NCBI GenBank assembly: GCA_026415655.1
Contig: JAOAGR010000004.1
Coordinates: 43 to 64,042, forward strand
Length of the DNA: 64,000 nucleotides
Direction: 5' to 3'
Source of the DNA: Candidatus Dojkabacteria bacterium
GTDB lineage: Bacteria; Patescibacteriota; Dojkabacteria; JAOAGR01
Positions within the stretch are counted from its first letter, which is position 1. Every line of letters starts with the position of its first letter. Of this stretch, positions 1 to 11,172 are shown piece by piece. A program made the translations under genes and the position numbers. The notes under the pieces are model-generated. The model made no database searches. It was not told the DNA's origin and saw nothing but the letters and a program-made list of their open reading frames with translations.

Positions 1-1268
1 ATACAGATTTAATAACTGTATTCGAAGGCGTAGGAAAATATACTGCTAATAAAATATCAAAGGAAGAGTTGATAAAAATAACAGAAAAAGCTTGTCGCAC
101 GTGTGGTAGTTGTGCTGGCATGTTTACTGCCAATTCCATGAACTGTCTTGCTGAAGTATTGGGGCTTGCATTACCAGGTAACGGTACAATCCCAGCAGCA
201 GAATGGATTGATAAAGAAAAAGGTACATGGAGAATTAATCCTGAGAGGATAAAACTCTTTGAAAGGGCAGCTGATGCAATAGAATACATCATTCAAAATA
301 ATATTCGACCTAGAGACATAGTAACATACGAATCAATAGACAATGCAATAATCCTAGATCTGGCAATGGGTGGTTCTACAAATACAATATTGCACACCTT
401 AGCATTGGCTTACGAAGCGGGTATAGCTTATGATCTGAAAAGAATAAATGAATTAGCGGATCTTACCCCAAATGTATGCAAAGTTTCACCATCTAGACCT
501 GATGTACATGTCGAGGATGTTAATAGAGTTGGTGGATTAAAAACTATTCTCAAAGCCGTTCAAAAATCATCAAATTCTCCACTCCATCTACATTGCAAAA
601 ATGTAATAGGACAAGCGCTAGAAGAATATATATCAGATGCAAAAGATCCAGATGAGGATGTGGTAAGAAGTGGTAATAATGTATTTTCAAAAACAGGAGG
701 ACTTGCCATTTTATACGGTAATATTGCACCTGATGGTGCTGTTGTTAAGACAGCAGGAGTTGATGAAGACATGATGGTATTCGAAGGAACAGCAGTATGC
801 TTTGATTCACAAGAAGATGCATTGGATGCTATTCTGAAAAAACAAATTAAAGATGGTGATGTGGTAGTAATTAGGTACGAAGGGCCAAAAGGAGGGCCTG
901 CAATGCAAGAGATGTTATCCCCTACTTCTGCTCTTAAGGGACTAGGGGTTAGGGCTGCATTGATCACGGATGGAAGATTTTCAGGGGGAACTAGAGGACT
1001 CTGTGTAGGTCATATATCACCAGAAGCAGCATCTGGTGGACCTATAGCTATTATCAGAAATGGAGACAGAATAAAAATCGATGCATACAAAAGAACAATT
1101 GATCTATTGATATCAGAAGACGAATATGATGAAAGGATGAAGAATATACCTCAATTCAAACCTAAAGTAAAAAATGGATGGTTAGGCAGATATGCACAAC
1201 ATGTAATGAGTGCAAACTATGGTGCGGTCATGGATAATACTTTGGCAGCTCTAAATAGAGATAAATAG
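1..1268 (+). CDS. ilvD: Dihydroxy-acid dehydratase, 5' end truncated by window edge (ORF open to position 1; [16 protein letters not shown] Fe-S motif; ends TAG 1266-1268)
   Basis: Translation in frame from nt 3 has no stop and continues the track ORF 69..1268; conserved IlvD/Edd C-terminal half with cysteine cluster motif. Confidence 0.9.
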   Translation, partial: TDLITVFEGVGKYTANKISKEELIKITEKACRTCGSCAGMFTANSMNCLAEVLGLALPGNGTIPAAEWIDKEKGTWRINPERIKLFERAADAIEYIIQNNIRPRDIVTYESIDNAIILDLAMGGSTNTILHTLALAYEAGIAYDLKRINELADLTPNVCKVSPSRPDVHVEDVNRVGGLKTILKAVQKSSNSPLHLHCKNVIGQALEEYISDAKDPDEDVVRSGNNVFSKTGGLAILYGNIAPDGAVVKTAGVDEDMMVFEGTAVCFDSQEDALDAILKKQIKDGDVVVIRYEGPKGGPAMQEMLSPTSALKGLGVRAALITDGRFSGGTRGLCVGHISPEAASGGPIAIIRNGDRIKIDAYKRTIDLLISEDEYDERMKNIPQFKPKVKNGWLGRYAQHVMSANYGAVMDNTLAALNRDK

Positions 1269-1271
1269 AAG

Positions 1272-1898
1272 ATGAATTTACATCACTTTGTTCTTGGACC
1301 GCTGAGAAGTAATTGTTATATTTGTGAAAATAAAAATGGCTGTGTAATTATTGATCCCGGTGATGAGACTGATTTTTTATTGAATTTTATTTTGTCAAAT
1401 AGGTTAAATCCTGTTTGTATACTAGCAACACATGGACATTTTGATCATATTGGGGCCGTAGGAGAAATACAAATGTCATTTGATATACCTCTTTATATTA
1501 GTAGACAAGATGGATTTTTATTAAAAAGAGTCAATGATACAGCAAAGTATTTCTTAGGATATGATCCTTGTTTTCTTGAACCTAAAAACATAATTTTTCT
1601 TGATAATGAAAATCAAATTACAGTTGGCAATTTTGAATTTAGAATATTAACTGTACCTGGTCATACACCAGGATCTATTTTATATTTAGATCCTGCTGAA
1701 AAATATGCCTTTATTGGTGATACTATATTTGAAGATGGCATTGGTAGAACAGATTTCTCTTATAGTTCAGCAGAAGATATGTTAGACTCAATACAGAAAA
1801 TACTACAATTACCGGATAGTACTCTACTATATCCAGGTCACGGTGGTAGTTTTTATGTAAAAGATAAAAAACAATATGTCAAAAGAAGAATTGATTAA
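1272..1898 (+). CDS. MBL-fold metallo-hydrolase (glyoxalase II-like)
   Basis: HGHFDH metal-binding motif, later H and D residues typical of metallo-beta-lactamase fold; starts 3 nt after ilvD stop. Confidence 0.75.
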   Translation: MNLHHFVLGPLRSNCYICENKNGCVIIDPGDETDFLLNFILSNRLNPVCILATHGHFDHIGAVGEIQMSFDIPLYISRQDGFLLKRVNDTAKYFLGYDPCFLEPKNIIFLDNENQITVGNFEFRILTVPGHTPGSILYLDPAEKYAFIGDTIFEDGIGRTDFSYSSAEDMLDSIQKILQLPDSTLLYPGHGGSFYVKDKKQYVKRRID

Positions 1899-3069
1899 AA
1901 AAGCACTGGAATATCATGAAAAGCCTAAACCTGGCAAATTGGGGACAAAGATTACAAAAGAAGTATCTAGAAAGGAAGATTTAGCTCTTGCTTATAGCCC
2001 CGGTGTTGCTTATCCTGTATTGGAGATAGCAAAAGACAATGAAAATGCCTATCGTTATACGAATAAAGGCAATCTAATAGCCGTAATATCAAACGGTACT
2101 GCGATTTTAGGTCTTGGCGATCTTGGCGCTCAGGCATCAAAGCCAGTTATGGAAGGTAAAGCAATGCTTTTCAAGTTATTTGCCGATATTGATGTGTACG
2201 ATATAGAAATTAATACAAAAGATCCTGATGAAATAATACGTACAGTCAAATTATTAGAACCAACCTTTGGCGGAATAAATCTAGAAGATATAAAAGCTCC
2301 TGAATGTTTTTATATCGAAGAAAAATTAAATGAGATAATGAATATACCTGTATTTCACGATGATCAGCATGGTACTGCCATCGTAGCAGGAGCCGGTCTC
2401 TTGAATGCATTAATCATCGCAAATAAAAAAATAGAAGAAGTAAAAATAGTGATAAATGGTGCTGGTGCTGCCGGTATCGCATGTGCAAGACATTTTGTAG
2501 ATATTGGTGCCAAAAAAGAAAACATTTTTCTATGTGATTCACAAGGAGTAGTGACAACAAATCGAACTGATAATATAAATAAATATAAACTCGAATTTGC
2601 ACAAGATACAAGTAAAACTACATTAGAAGAAATAATTGTCGATGCTGATGTATTTGTCGGTGTATCGGTAAAAGATGTCTTAACACCAGAAATGCTCAGA
2701 TCCATGGCTTCAAATCCAATAGTCTTTGCATTAGCAAATCCTGATCCTGAGATTAATTATGAACTAGCTAAATCTACAAGACCTGATGTGATTATCGCAA
2801 CAGGAAGATCAGATTATCCAAATCAGATCAATAATGTATTGGCTTTCCCATACATATTCCGCATTGCTCTAGATAGAAGATTAAAAAAGATTACAAAAGA
2901 ACTAAAAATAAAAATGTCCCACGTTTTAGCCGAATTAGCTCGCGAAGAAGTGCCAGACGAACTTAAAAAACTTTATCCAAATGAGAACCTAGTTTTTGGC
3001 AGAGATTATTTTGTGCCCAAAGTAATGGACAAGAGAATTATGAGTTTTATCAGAGGGAAACTTAATTAA
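1876..3069 (+). CDS. NAD(P)-dependent malic enzyme (short form)
   Basis: LAYSPGVAYPVLEIAKDNENAYRYTNKGNLIAVISNGTAILGLGDLG and GAGAAGIA Rossmann motifs of malic enzyme family; overlaps previous gene by 23 nt. Confidence 0.8.
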   Translation: MSKEELIKKALEYHEKPKPGKLGTKITKEVSRKEDLALAYSPGVAYPVLEIAKDNENAYRYTNKGNLIAVISNGTAILGLGDLGAQASKPVMEGKAMLFKLFADIDVYDIEINTKDPDEIIRTVKLLEPTFGGINLEDIKAPECFYIEEKLNEIMNIPVFHDDQHGTAIVAGAGLLNALIIANKKIEEVKIVINGAGAAGIACARHFVDIGAKKENIFLCDSQGVVTTNRTDNINKYKLEFAQDTSKTTLEEIIVDADVFVGVSVKDVLTPEMLRSMASNPIVFALANPDPEINYELAKSTRPDVIIATGRSDYPNQINNVLAFPYIFRIALDRRLKKITKELKIKMSHVLAELAREEVPDELKKLYPNENLVFGRDYFVPKVMDKRIMSFIRGKLN

Positions 3070-3141
3070 AAATATAACAGAATATAAGATAAATTCGGAC
3101 TTACAGTCCAAATTTTTATTTTGCGATATCCTTAAGTATCT

Positions 3142-4539
3142 TTGTTGTATAATATCACCATGCAAAAAACCTACCAGCTCACTACATTTGGTTGTCAGAT
3201 GAATCTTTCTGATTCTGAACGTATAGCGGCAGTCTGCGAAATGATGGGATACAAACCAGTAAAGGACGATGAAATAGCTGATCTGTACATCATAAATACT
3301 TGCTCAGTCAGACAAAAGGCAGAAGATAGAGTTTTAGGCATGCATCATAAATTTGTTGAATTAAAGTCAAAAAAGAAAGACACAAAAGTAATTATTACTG
3401 GTTGCATGGTAAAAAGGGATATTAGACAGAATCCTGAAAAAAGTCAGAGATATCAAGAAAGTTACTATGAAGAACTTAAGACCAAGATGCCTTGGGCCGA
3501 TTTTTTTGTAGAGATTAATCAAATAAATAAATTACCTGAACTATTAAACGAACAAATAGAGATTAAAATTGATGAATACTTTGCGATAACACCTAAGTAC
3601 AATTCGAAATTCCAAGCATTTGTCCCAATCTCGACAGGTTGTGACAAATTTTGTACATTTTGTATAGTTCCTTTTACTCGCGGTAAAGAAGTTTATAGAG
3701 ATTATAATCAGATCTACAATGAAGTTTTGACATTGGTACAAAGCGGTGTAAAAGAAATCACATTATTAGGACAAAATGTTAATTCTTGGAAAAGTAGAAA
3801 AGAAGGCTTACTAGGAGTTCCGATACCTAAATTTCGTGGTAATATAGAAAAAGACTACTTGGACTTTGCTGATCTTATAGAAAATTTAGCACAAATTGAT
3901 GGAGACTTTTGGCTTAGATTTACTAGTGCTCATCCTTATGATATCAATCCCAGACTTATAGATGTCGTCGCCAATGAAAAGAATATAGCTAAGCAATTTC
4001 ACTTTGCGCTACAATCCGGATCAAATTCGGTTCTAAGAAGAATGAATAGATACTATACTGCTGAAGAATTTGAAGAAAAAGTAAATCTCATTAAGGAAAA
4101 AATTCCAGGAGTAGCTATAACTACGGACGTGATTGTTGGATTTTGTGGTGAAACTGAAGAAGAATTTTTAGATACTGTAAAATTGTGTGAGAGAATTCAG
4201 TTTGATCAGATTTATATATCTGAGTATTCACAACGTAGTGGGACAATTGCGGCGAAATTTTATAAAGACGATATTCCTCACGAAGTGAAAGAAAAAAGAA
4301 AACAGATTTTAGAAGAAGTTTTGAAAAACGGATTAAAAGAGAAAAATAAAAAACTAATTAACACCAAACAAAAAGCATTAGTTTATAAAACAGAGCGTAA
4401 AACAAAAAATCTAATTGCGCGCACAACTCACGGCAAAGATGTAGAAATCACAAATTCACAAAATAAAGAATATATAGGTCAATTCGTCTATGTTGATATA
4501 AAAGATGCACTAGAGTTTAGACTTTTTGGTGAAATATAA
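3142..4539 (+). CDS. MiaB/RimO-family radical-SAM methylthiotransferase
   Basis: N-terminal MTTase domain (YIINTCSVRQKAEDR), radical SAM CDKFCTFC motif, C-terminal TRAM-like region. Confidence 0.8.
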   Translation: MLYNITMQKTYQLTTFGCQMNLSDSERIAAVCEMMGYKPVKDDEIADLYIINTCSVRQKAEDRVLGMHHKFVELKSKKKDTKVIITGCMVKRDIRQNPEKSQRYQESYYEELKTKMPWADFFVEINQINKLPELLNEQIEIKIDEYFAITPKYNSKFQAFVPISTGCDKFCTFCIVPFTRGKEVYRDYNQIYNEVLTLVQSGVKEITLLGQNVNSWKSRKEGLLGVPIPKFRGNIEKDYLDFADLIENLAQIDGDFWLRFTSAHPYDINPRLIDVVANEKNIAKQFHFALQSGSNSVLRRMNRYYTAEEFEEKVNLIKEKIPGVAITTDVIVGFCGETEEEFLDTVKLCERIQFDQIYISEYSQRSGTIAAKFYKDDIPHEVKEKRKQILEEVLKNGLKEKNKKLINTKQKALVYKTERKTKNLIARTTHGKDVEITNSQNKEYIGQFVYVDIKDALEFRLFGEI

Positions 4540-4545
4540 AATATT

Positions 4546-6105
4546 TTAATTACCAAATCCAAGTTTTACTTTTTTATAACAGACTATTTGATCACCTTCC
4601 TCAATATCAAATTTATCACCTAGTTGTATACCACACTCATGTCCACTTGTTACCTCTTTAACTTCATTTTTATACTGTTTTAATGAAACAATTTTTGATT
4701 CTGCAAGTCTTTCCTCACCTTTTTTGATATACACCTGATAACCCTTTATGATTTTTCCTTCGCTAACTACACATCCACATATCTGCTCACCATCCGATAG
4801 AATGAAAATCTTTTTAATGGTGGCAATACCAATAATTTCTTCCTCAAAAGATGGTGCAATAAGACTTATTAATGCCCCTTCTACATCATCTACCAACTCA
4901 TAAATGATTTTATACTCTCGAACAAATACTCCTTGATTGTCAGCTACAGTCTGTAATTTCTTATCAATACCAACATTGAAAGTAAGAATAAAAGCTTTTT
5001 TTATCTCAGCTTGATCTATATCAGACTGAGTCAAAATCCCTGTCTTAGCTAAAACAATATTTATCTTCGTACCCGGTACATCAATCTTTGATAATGAATG
5101 TTTGATAGCTTCGACAGAACTTTGAGTGTCTGCGATGATTATCAAATTTAACTCTTTTATCTCTTGTTTTTCTTGCTGTTCTAAAAATAATTCAGCTAGA
5201 ATTTTTTTATTTAACGAGCTTGTAGGTGTATTAGTTGAAGCTTTTTCTTCTTTTTCATCAATAAGATATTTTTTAGCGACTTTATCACTATCAAATACAT
5301 AGATTTTTGAACCAACGTCCAATACATCATCCAGTCCAACAATGCTTATAGGCTGAGAATCAAACGCTAGGTTGGTCTGTTTACCCGTATCATCTATAAG
5401 GGATCGAACTTTTCCAAATTTGGATCTACAAACAACAAAACTACCTATTTTTATATTTCCACCAGTTATTATGACAGTAGCTGTAGGACCTCGAAATTTA
5501 TCAACAGTAGACTCAAGTACAAATCCCTCACCGATAGAATCTTTGTTTTCAATTTCTCTTGGCTTATGCATCTCATAATACTCAGCAATGAAATTTATCA
5601 TCTCTAAATATTTATCAATATTTATACCTTGTTTAGCACTTATTGTGACAAATGGAATATCCCCTCCATAACCCTCTAGAAGTACTCCATTTTCTGCTAA
5701 TTGTCTTTTTACCCTCTCAATGTCAGCACCTGGCAAATCAATTTTATTTATAACTACAAGTAAGGGTAAATTTGACCTTTTCCAAATATCAATTACCTCT
5801 TTTGTCTGGGGCATAACACTGTCATCTGCCGCTACGATAAGTGTTAAAATATCATTTATTTGAGAACCCCGTTTTCTTATGTTTAAAAATGCTTCATGAC
5901 CTGGTGTATCAATAAAAGTAATAGGCTTTCCCTCATACGTGACTTGGTAAGCTCTAACATGCTGAGTAATACCACCAAATTCTTTATCTACGATATTCGT
6001 ACCTCTTATTTTATCAAGCAAGGTAGTTTTACCATGATCGACATGCCCCATTATGGTTACGATGGGCGCCCTCATCTGAACATTATTGGATTGAGAAACT
6101 TTCAT
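4546..6105 (-). CDS. infB: Translation initiation factor IF-2 (short form lacking N-terminal extension)
   Basis: G-domain GHVDHGKTTLLD at extreme N-terminus, DTPGHEAF, NKIDL motifs, C-terminal beta-barrel domains. Confidence 0.85.
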   Translation of the reverse strand: MKVSQSNNVQMRAPIVTIMGHVDHGKTTLLDKIRGTNIVDKEFGGITQHVRAYQVTYEGKPITFIDTPGHEAFLNIRKRGSQINDILTLIVAADDSVMPQTKEVIDIWKRSNLPLLVVINKIDLPGADIERVKRQLAENGVLLEGYGGDIPFVTISAKQGINIDKYLEMINFIAEYYEMHKPREIENKDSIGEGFVLESTVDKFRGPTATVIITGGNIKIGSFVVCRSKFGKVRSLIDDTGKQTNLAFDSQPISIVGLDDVLDVGSKIYVFDSDKVAKKYLIDEKEEKASTNTPTSSLNKKILAELFLEQQEKQEIKELNLIIIADTQSSVEAIKHSLSKIDVPGTKINIVLAKTGILTQSDIDQAEIKKAFILTFNVGIDKKLQTVADNQGVFVREYKIIYELVDDVEGALISLIAPSFEEEIIGIATIKKIFILSDGEQICGCVVSEGKIIKGYQVYIKKGEERLAESKIVSLKQYKNEVKEVTSGHECGIQLGDKFDIEEGDQIVCYKKVKLGFGN

Positions 6106-6144
6106 AACTGGCTTATTTTAATACAAAAAGCCAGATTATGCTAA

Positions 6145-7671
6145 TTATTTAGCTACAGATGTAGCTCTAACCTCACGAATAACTGTGACTTTAATAGTAC
6201 CAGGATATGTCATGCTCTTTTCAATATCTTCTGCAATTTTCTGTGATAAAAATACAGTACCATCATCACTCATTATTACAGGATCTATAAATACTCTGAT
6301 CTCTCTACCTGCATCAACTGCATATGCCTCCTTCACCTCTGGATACTTTTTCGCAATCTCTTCCATAGCTTTTATTCTTTTTACATAATCTTCATCAGTA
6401 CCATATCTAGCACCTGGTCTAGCACCCGAATTAGCATCAGCAATATAAATAATAGCTGACTCCATACATATTGGATCCTTTGCCATATGATGAGCATACA
6501 TGGCATTGATTACCTCTGGTTTGAGCTTAAGCTTAATACCAAGTTCCTCACCTAATTGCATGTGGTCACCGTCTTTTTCATGTGTGACGACTTTTCCTAT
6601 ATCATGCCACAATGCACATTCTTTAGCTAGATTTATATCTAATCCTAACTCTGCAGCTATTTTTGCCGCGATATTTACAACCTCCAATGTATGAGTAGCA
6701 AGACATTGACCGTAAGAAAATCTATATCGCATCCTGCCTAAGTATTTTAGCTGTTCTAATGATAAGTTATTGAAACCTGCTTGAGCTGCAATCTCTTCCC
6801 CATCCTTGATTATTTGTTTTGCAAAATCTATTCTTGCTTTTTCTACCGCTTCTTCTATCTTTGCGGGATTTATTCTTCCATCTTTTATCAATCTTTCTAA
6901 CGCAAGCTTAGCAATTTCCCTGCGCATAGGATCAAAACATGACAAGACTATATATTCATCAGATTCATCCATAACTAAATCAACACCAGTAATTTTTTGG
7001 AAAGTCTTTATATTTCTTCCTTCTTTACCAATTATTTTGCCCTTTACCTCTTCACCACCAACTTTAAATACAGATGTCGAATACTCACCAACAAAGTCAG
7101 TAGCACTTGATGTTATAGCACTAATAAGTATTTCTTGAGTCAATGTCTGCGATTCTCTTTCTAATTTTTCTCTATATTTTCTTATCTCATCTGCAAATTG
7201 TTTCTCTAACTTCTTTTCTAAATTACTCATTAACAAATTTTTTGCCTCTTGCTCTGAAAGTTTTGCTATCTCCTCTAGTTTTTTATTTATTTGTTCTCTC
7301 TCTTTTTCTAGACTTTGTTTTATAGAATCAATCTCTGTTTCTTTTTGAGAAATATATAGTTCTTTCTGATTTAAAGTTTTTGTTCTGTTCTCCAATAGTT
7401 TTTCTCGTTCTTCAATACTTTTTTCGGCTTCTAATATTGATTTTCGTTTTTTGTTTAATTCTTGTTCTGTACTAAACAGAAGCTCTTTGGCCTTTTCTTC
7501 TGCTTCTTTTATTTTTTTTCTAGATTCTTCATCTAAAAGCTTCTTTTTATCTTCATCAGATAGATTTTCAAGTTTATTTTTAAGAGTATTTACGTTGTTT
7601 TGTAATTCATTGTTTCTAAAATACAAAAATACTAATGCACCGACTAAAATTACAATAATTATTGTTTCCAT
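6145..7671 (-). CDS. rny: Ribonuclease Y
   Basis: N-terminal TM helix, long coiled-coil, KH domain (IGKEGRNIKTFQKITG), HD domain (LWHDIGK). Confidence 0.85.
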   Translation of the reverse strand: METIIIVILVGALVFLYFRNNELQNNVNTLKNKLENLSDEDKKKLLDEESRKKIKEAEEKAKELLFSTEQELNKKRKSILEAEKSIEEREKLLENRTKTLNQKELYISQKETEIDSIKQSLEKEREQINKKLEEIAKLSEQEAKNLLMSNLEKKLEKQFADEIRKYREKLERESQTLTQEILISAITSSATDFVGEYSTSVFKVGGEEVKGKIIGKEGRNIKTFQKITGVDLVMDESDEYIVLSCFDPMRREIAKLALERLIKDGRINPAKIEEAVEKARIDFAKQIIKDGEEIAAQAGFNNLSLEQLKYLGRMRYRFSYGQCLATHTLEVVNIAAKIAAELGLDINLAKECALWHDIGKVVTHEKDGDHMQLGEELGIKLKLKPEVINAMYAHHMAKDPICMESAIIYIADANSGARPGARYGTDEDYVKRIKAMEEIAKKYPEVKEAYAVDAGREIRVFIDPVIMSDDGTVFLSQKIAEDIEKSMTYPGTIKVTVIREVRATSVAK

Positions 7672-7709
7672 AAATTATAATTTTAATAATTAACAAACTA
7701 AATTATACA

Positions 7710-8249
7710 TCATCGAGGTAAAGTTAGAATCCTCACAATATTACTAAAATCTGGTAGCTGTGCTATTCCAAAAAGAAAAACAAATGATAAAAATGTCATA
7801 CTAAATTGTATAGCAATCCCCCAAAAAGATTTATCCTCATACTTGATGCCTGCGAAAAAATCAGCAATTTGTCTTGGTAGTGTACCTTTAGGTATATATT
7901 GTCTGAAAATATTAAAAAACACCCATATGACTAATGTAACAACTGATGCCAAAAAACTAAAAAAACTAATAGTAATTTGTTTATTAAAGAGAAAAAATCC
8001 TTTTGGATCAGAAAATACAAGAAACAAAAGCAAAACTAGATATATACTCCCCAATATCAGGTCAAAAAGTCTAAAGTAAGTAATTAAGATACTTTCAAAA
8101 TTTTTTGGATCCCAGTGAGGAATAAGTTCAATAATAAAGTAAGAAATAATGGTACCCAAAACAATCGTAAAAATATTAGGTTCCATTAGAGTTGCTATAT
8201 AACTTATAGTTACTAGATGAGGTGTCAATAACATAGATTGATTATACAT
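7710..8249 (-). CDS. Hypothetical polytopic membrane protein
   Basis: 179-aa ORF, several hydrophobic segments, ends with TGA; no recognizable motif. Confidence 0.4.
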   Translation of the reverse strand: MYNQSMLLTPHLVTISYIATLMEPNIFTIVLGTIISYFIIELIPHWDPKNFESILITYFRLFDLILGSIYLVLLLFLVFSDPKGFFLFNKQITISFFSFLASVVTLVIWVFFNIFRQYIPKGTLPRQIADFFAGIKYEDKSFWGIAIQFSMTFLSFVFLFGIAQLPDFSNIVRILTLPR

Positions 8250-8271
8250 TAAAAATAGCTTGTAATTTTGT

Positions 8272-9402
8272 ATGTTGAAAATATTTATTATTAATCTGAT
8301 GGAAATATTGTATATTTATATTATTAAAAAAATACTTTTTCTATTTGATCCTGAAAAAGTTCATGATAGTTTTATAAAATTTGGAAGATATATCGGTGAA
8401 ATGCAAATACTAAGATTTTTTTTCGGTCTGTTATTTTGTAATGATGATAACGACATAATCAGACAAGAAATAAAAAATATTACCTTTTTATCCCCAATAG
8501 GACTTGCAGCTGGTTTTGATAAAAATGCTGATCTTATAAATATAATACCTTGTTTGGGTTTTGGACATGGTGAGTTTGGCTCTGTGACCAGACACGCTTA
8601 TGAAGGTAATCCCTATCCGAGGTTGAAGAGATTTCCAGAGATAAAATCGATATGGGTAAATTATGGCCTCAAAAACATAGGTGTAGATAAAATAATAAAA
8701 AGATTTGAAAAAGTTAAATCCAAGAGATTTATCTATGGTGTTTCCATTGCAAAAACAAATTCGCCCGATACCTGCGACGAAAATAATGCCATAGAAGACT
8801 ATATCTACTCATACAGTCTAGCTAATGAAAATCCAAATATTCAATATATTACAATTAATATTTCCTGTCCGAATGCATTTGGTGGTGAGCCATTCACTAC
8901 TCCGGAAAGACTAGAAAAACTTCTTTCTGCTTTAGAAAAGATAGAAAAGAAAAAACTAGTTTTTATTAAAATGCCAATAACTATTACTAATTCAGAATTT
9001 GAAAAACTTCTTGATGTTATAAATAGGTATCATATTGATGGTGTAATAATTGGAAATTTACAAAAAGACAAATCATTTCTACAAAACATTACGTCTGATG
9101 AAACTATTATCTCTAAAGGAGGATTAAGCGGAAAGCCCACTTTTGAAAGATCAAATGAACTCATTTCTCTGACATACAGAAAATACAGAGATAAACTAAT
9201 AATCATCGGTTGCGGTGGTGTTTTTTCTGCCGAGGATGCCTATGAAAAGATCAAATGTGGAGCAAGTTTGATACAGATGATCACAGGTATGATATACAAT
9301 GGTCCCACAACCATAGCGAAAATACATCATAACCTAAAAAAGCTAATTCAAAAGGATGGATATACTAGTATAACAGAAGCTATTGGCACTTATCATAGAT
9401 GA
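8272..9402 (+). CDS. pyrD: Dihydroorotate dehydrogenase (quinone-type, membrane-associated N-terminus)
   Basis: LSPIGLAAGFDKN, GFGHGEFGSVT and C-terminal GASLIQ motifs of DHODH; ends TGA. Confidence 0.8.
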   Translation: MLKIFIINLMEILYIYIIKKILFLFDPEKVHDSFIKFGRYIGEMQILRFFFGLLFCNDDNDIIRQEIKNITFLSPIGLAAGFDKNADLINIIPCLGFGHGEFGSVTRHAYEGNPYPRLKRFPEIKSIWVNYGLKNIGVDKIIKRFEKVKSKRFIYGVSIAKTNSPDTCDENNAIEDYIYSYSLANENPNIQYITINISCPNAFGGEPFTTPERLEKLLSALEKIEKKKLVFIKMPITITNSEFEKLLDVINRYHIDGVIIGNLQKDKSFLQNITSDETIISKGGLSGKPTFERSNELISLTYRKYRDKLIIIGCGGVFSAEDAYEKIKCGASLIQMITGMIYNGPTTIAKIHHNLKKLIQKDGYTSITEAIGTYHR

Positions 9403-9444
9403 AAATTCTTGAATAAATAAATTTCATATTGTATTATTAACCAT

Positions 9445-9520
9445 TCGAGAGTAGCTCAGCCGGTAGAGCAAGCGGCTGTTAACCGCTGGGTCGTGGGTTC
9501 GAGTCCCACCTCTCGAGCCA
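9445..9520 (+). tRNA. tRNA-Asn (anticodon GTT)
   Basis: Cloverleaf: acceptor TCGAGAG/CTCTCGA (U1-A72), anticodon stem AGCGG/CCGCT with loop CTGTTAA, T-arm GTGGG-TTCGAGT-CCCAC, encoded CCA. Confidence 0.85.
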
Positions 9521-9585
9521 TGTAAATTTTTCGAGCTGTGTTAAATTTATATCAATGTCCATAAAGATTTTTATGTGTTTTTAGT

Positions 9586-10237
9586 TTATATATTTTTAAG
9601 TTGATTTACTCGAAAGTTTTTATTGGTAAAATAAAATGAAGTTTCCTTGATTATTTCTTGATTTAGTTGATAAAGACCGTTTTCAGTAATTCTCTCGAAT
9701 ATTTTTATATCCCACAAATAAATATTAGAATATTCAGTCTCTTTTCTAACCTGCATAATCAAATAATTGTTATCAAATTCAACAAAATATGGGGGTCTTT
9801 TTGTCATTTGATCGAGTTTGTTTAGAGTATGCATATCAAAAATAAAAATACCACTACTTTCTAAATGACTAGAGACACTTTTAAATGTACCCTCCCATCC
9901 ACTCAAATCTAGTACATGATTAATAGAATCATAAAAACAGTAAATAACACCATATCTTGTATTTATAGGAAAATTTGCCATATCCTGATGATAAAAATTT
10001 ATTTTTGGCATTTTTGCCCTTGCCATAGCAAGCATACTTTCCGATATATCTAATCCTTCAACTTCATAATTATCTTTAATACTCTGTAAAATATTTCCAG
10101 TACCACAGGCTATCTCTAAAATTTTTCTTGCATTAGACTTATATTTATCAATATAATGATTCGATATTTTAGTAAAAAATTGATGATTAGATTCTAAACT
10201 ATCATAAAATCTCTAATAAATAGAATATGGGTCATTT
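9586..10237 (-). pseudogene. Class I SAM-dependent methyltransferase interrupted by in-frame TAG after codon 10 (MTKNDPYSIY*RFYDSLE...ILEIACGTGNIL...)
   Basis: Motif I (ILEIACGTG) lies upstream of the track ORF's ATG (10035) in the same frame; only an in-frame TAG at 10205-10207 separates it from an ATG at 10235-10237; no ATG/GTG/TTG between stop and motif I. Confidence 0.55.
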
Positions 10238-10295
10238 TTAGTCATGGATCAGTTATAACATTTGCAAACTTAAAAAACAAAATTGAATTGATCTT

Positions 10296-10690
10296 AATAA
10301 AAAGATAATATTTTATATCATGAATAGTATCCAGTACAAAGTAATAAAAGCATTCCCGATTATAATGTTTGTAATTATTAACATAATCTTAATAACACTA
10401 GTTTCTATACTAGGTTATTATTACTTTACAAATAATCGACAAACAAATAATCAAAACTTAAGTAAGCCCTCCCCTACTACTACTCCTAGTGAAAATGTAA
10501 TCATTGATAATGATCTAGCCGATGAACTATTTAGAGGAAATAATACGCAAACCGATACACCAACGCCTACATCAACAACAACTCCATCACCAACTCAATC
10601 ACCAAGTTCCAGTCCCTCACTTACAGTCACAAATACCACAATAACCAACACTCCACAACGTCAAACACAGTCCCCACTTCTATCGATAAC
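10296..10690 (+). repeat. Direct repeat copy 1 (about 390 bp, ~95% identical to 18243..18627) covering promoter-proximal region and first ~120 codons of a surface protein gene
   Basis: Near-identical nucleotide runs read at both loci (atatcatgaatagtatcca...caacgtcaaacacagtcccc...cacttctatc). Confidence 0.75.
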
Positions 10691-10934
10691 TTTAACTGAT
10701 CAAAACAAAATCAATGAAATTCAAACAATCCATTTTCCCGACGAAGTAAAATGGACGCACATTGAGAAGCTGGTTAAATCAAGAGCCTATTCATTAGGTT
10801 TTAATGATAAATTCAGTTATTATTCGCAATTAAAAGTTACTCAATGTAATACCTGTCTAGATCGATACAGGTCTTTTAATTGGTCCGATCTAGAAGAGAT
10901 GATAAGAGTCGGTATTTTAAAGAAAGCTTTTTAA
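10320..10934 (+). CDS. Membrane-anchored protein with Pro/Thr/Ser-rich linker (paralog A; shares N-terminus with 18256..19533)
   Basis: N-terminal TM helix, TTTPSENV...PTPTSTTTPSPTQSPSS low-complexity linker, unique 90-aa C-terminus. Confidence 0.5.
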   Translation: MNSIQYKVIKAFPIIMFVIINIILITLVSILGYYYFTNNRQTNNQNLSKPSPTTTPSENVIIDNDLADELFRGNNTQTDTPTPTSTTTPSPTQSPSSSPSLTVTNTTITNTPQRQTQSPLLSITLTDQNKINEIQTIHFPDEVKWTHIEKLVKSRAYSLGFNDKFSYYSQLKVTQCNTCLDRYRSFNWSDLEEMIRVGILKKAF

Positions 10935-11148
10935 TAATCAAATCTTGATTTTATTACAGGGCATCTATTATCTGACTCCTCAATATAAGTTTAGATATTA
11001 CTCAAAATAACACTGACTTAATTATTAAACCTATCCTGCAATCTCAACAAATTTAAAATGCTACAATTATGAACTAGCCAGTAAATCCGAGAATATTTCT
11101 GATTATCCTTCTTATAGAGAATAAATCTCATTGATCGTTCTAGAATGA

Positions 11149-11154
11149 TATAAT
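11149..11154 (+). promoter_or_regulatory. Candidate extended -10 element (TGaTATAAT) upstream of mod gene; weak -35 TTGATC 12 nt upstream
   Basis: Sequence tgatataat 19 nt upstream of ATG 11173; spacing to -35 is suboptimal. Confidence 0.25.
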
Positions 11155-11172
11155 GAAAAATATTATTGTTTT

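Noticed and set aside
560-967. Antisense ORFs inside well-supported genes (e.g. 560..967, 2364..2705, 5372..5578, 48611..48856, 51076..51504, 54526..54906)
   Set aside because: They overlap conserved genes on the opposite strand, have low-complexity translations and no motifs. They are shadow ORFs from AT-rich or repeat-rich coding sequence.
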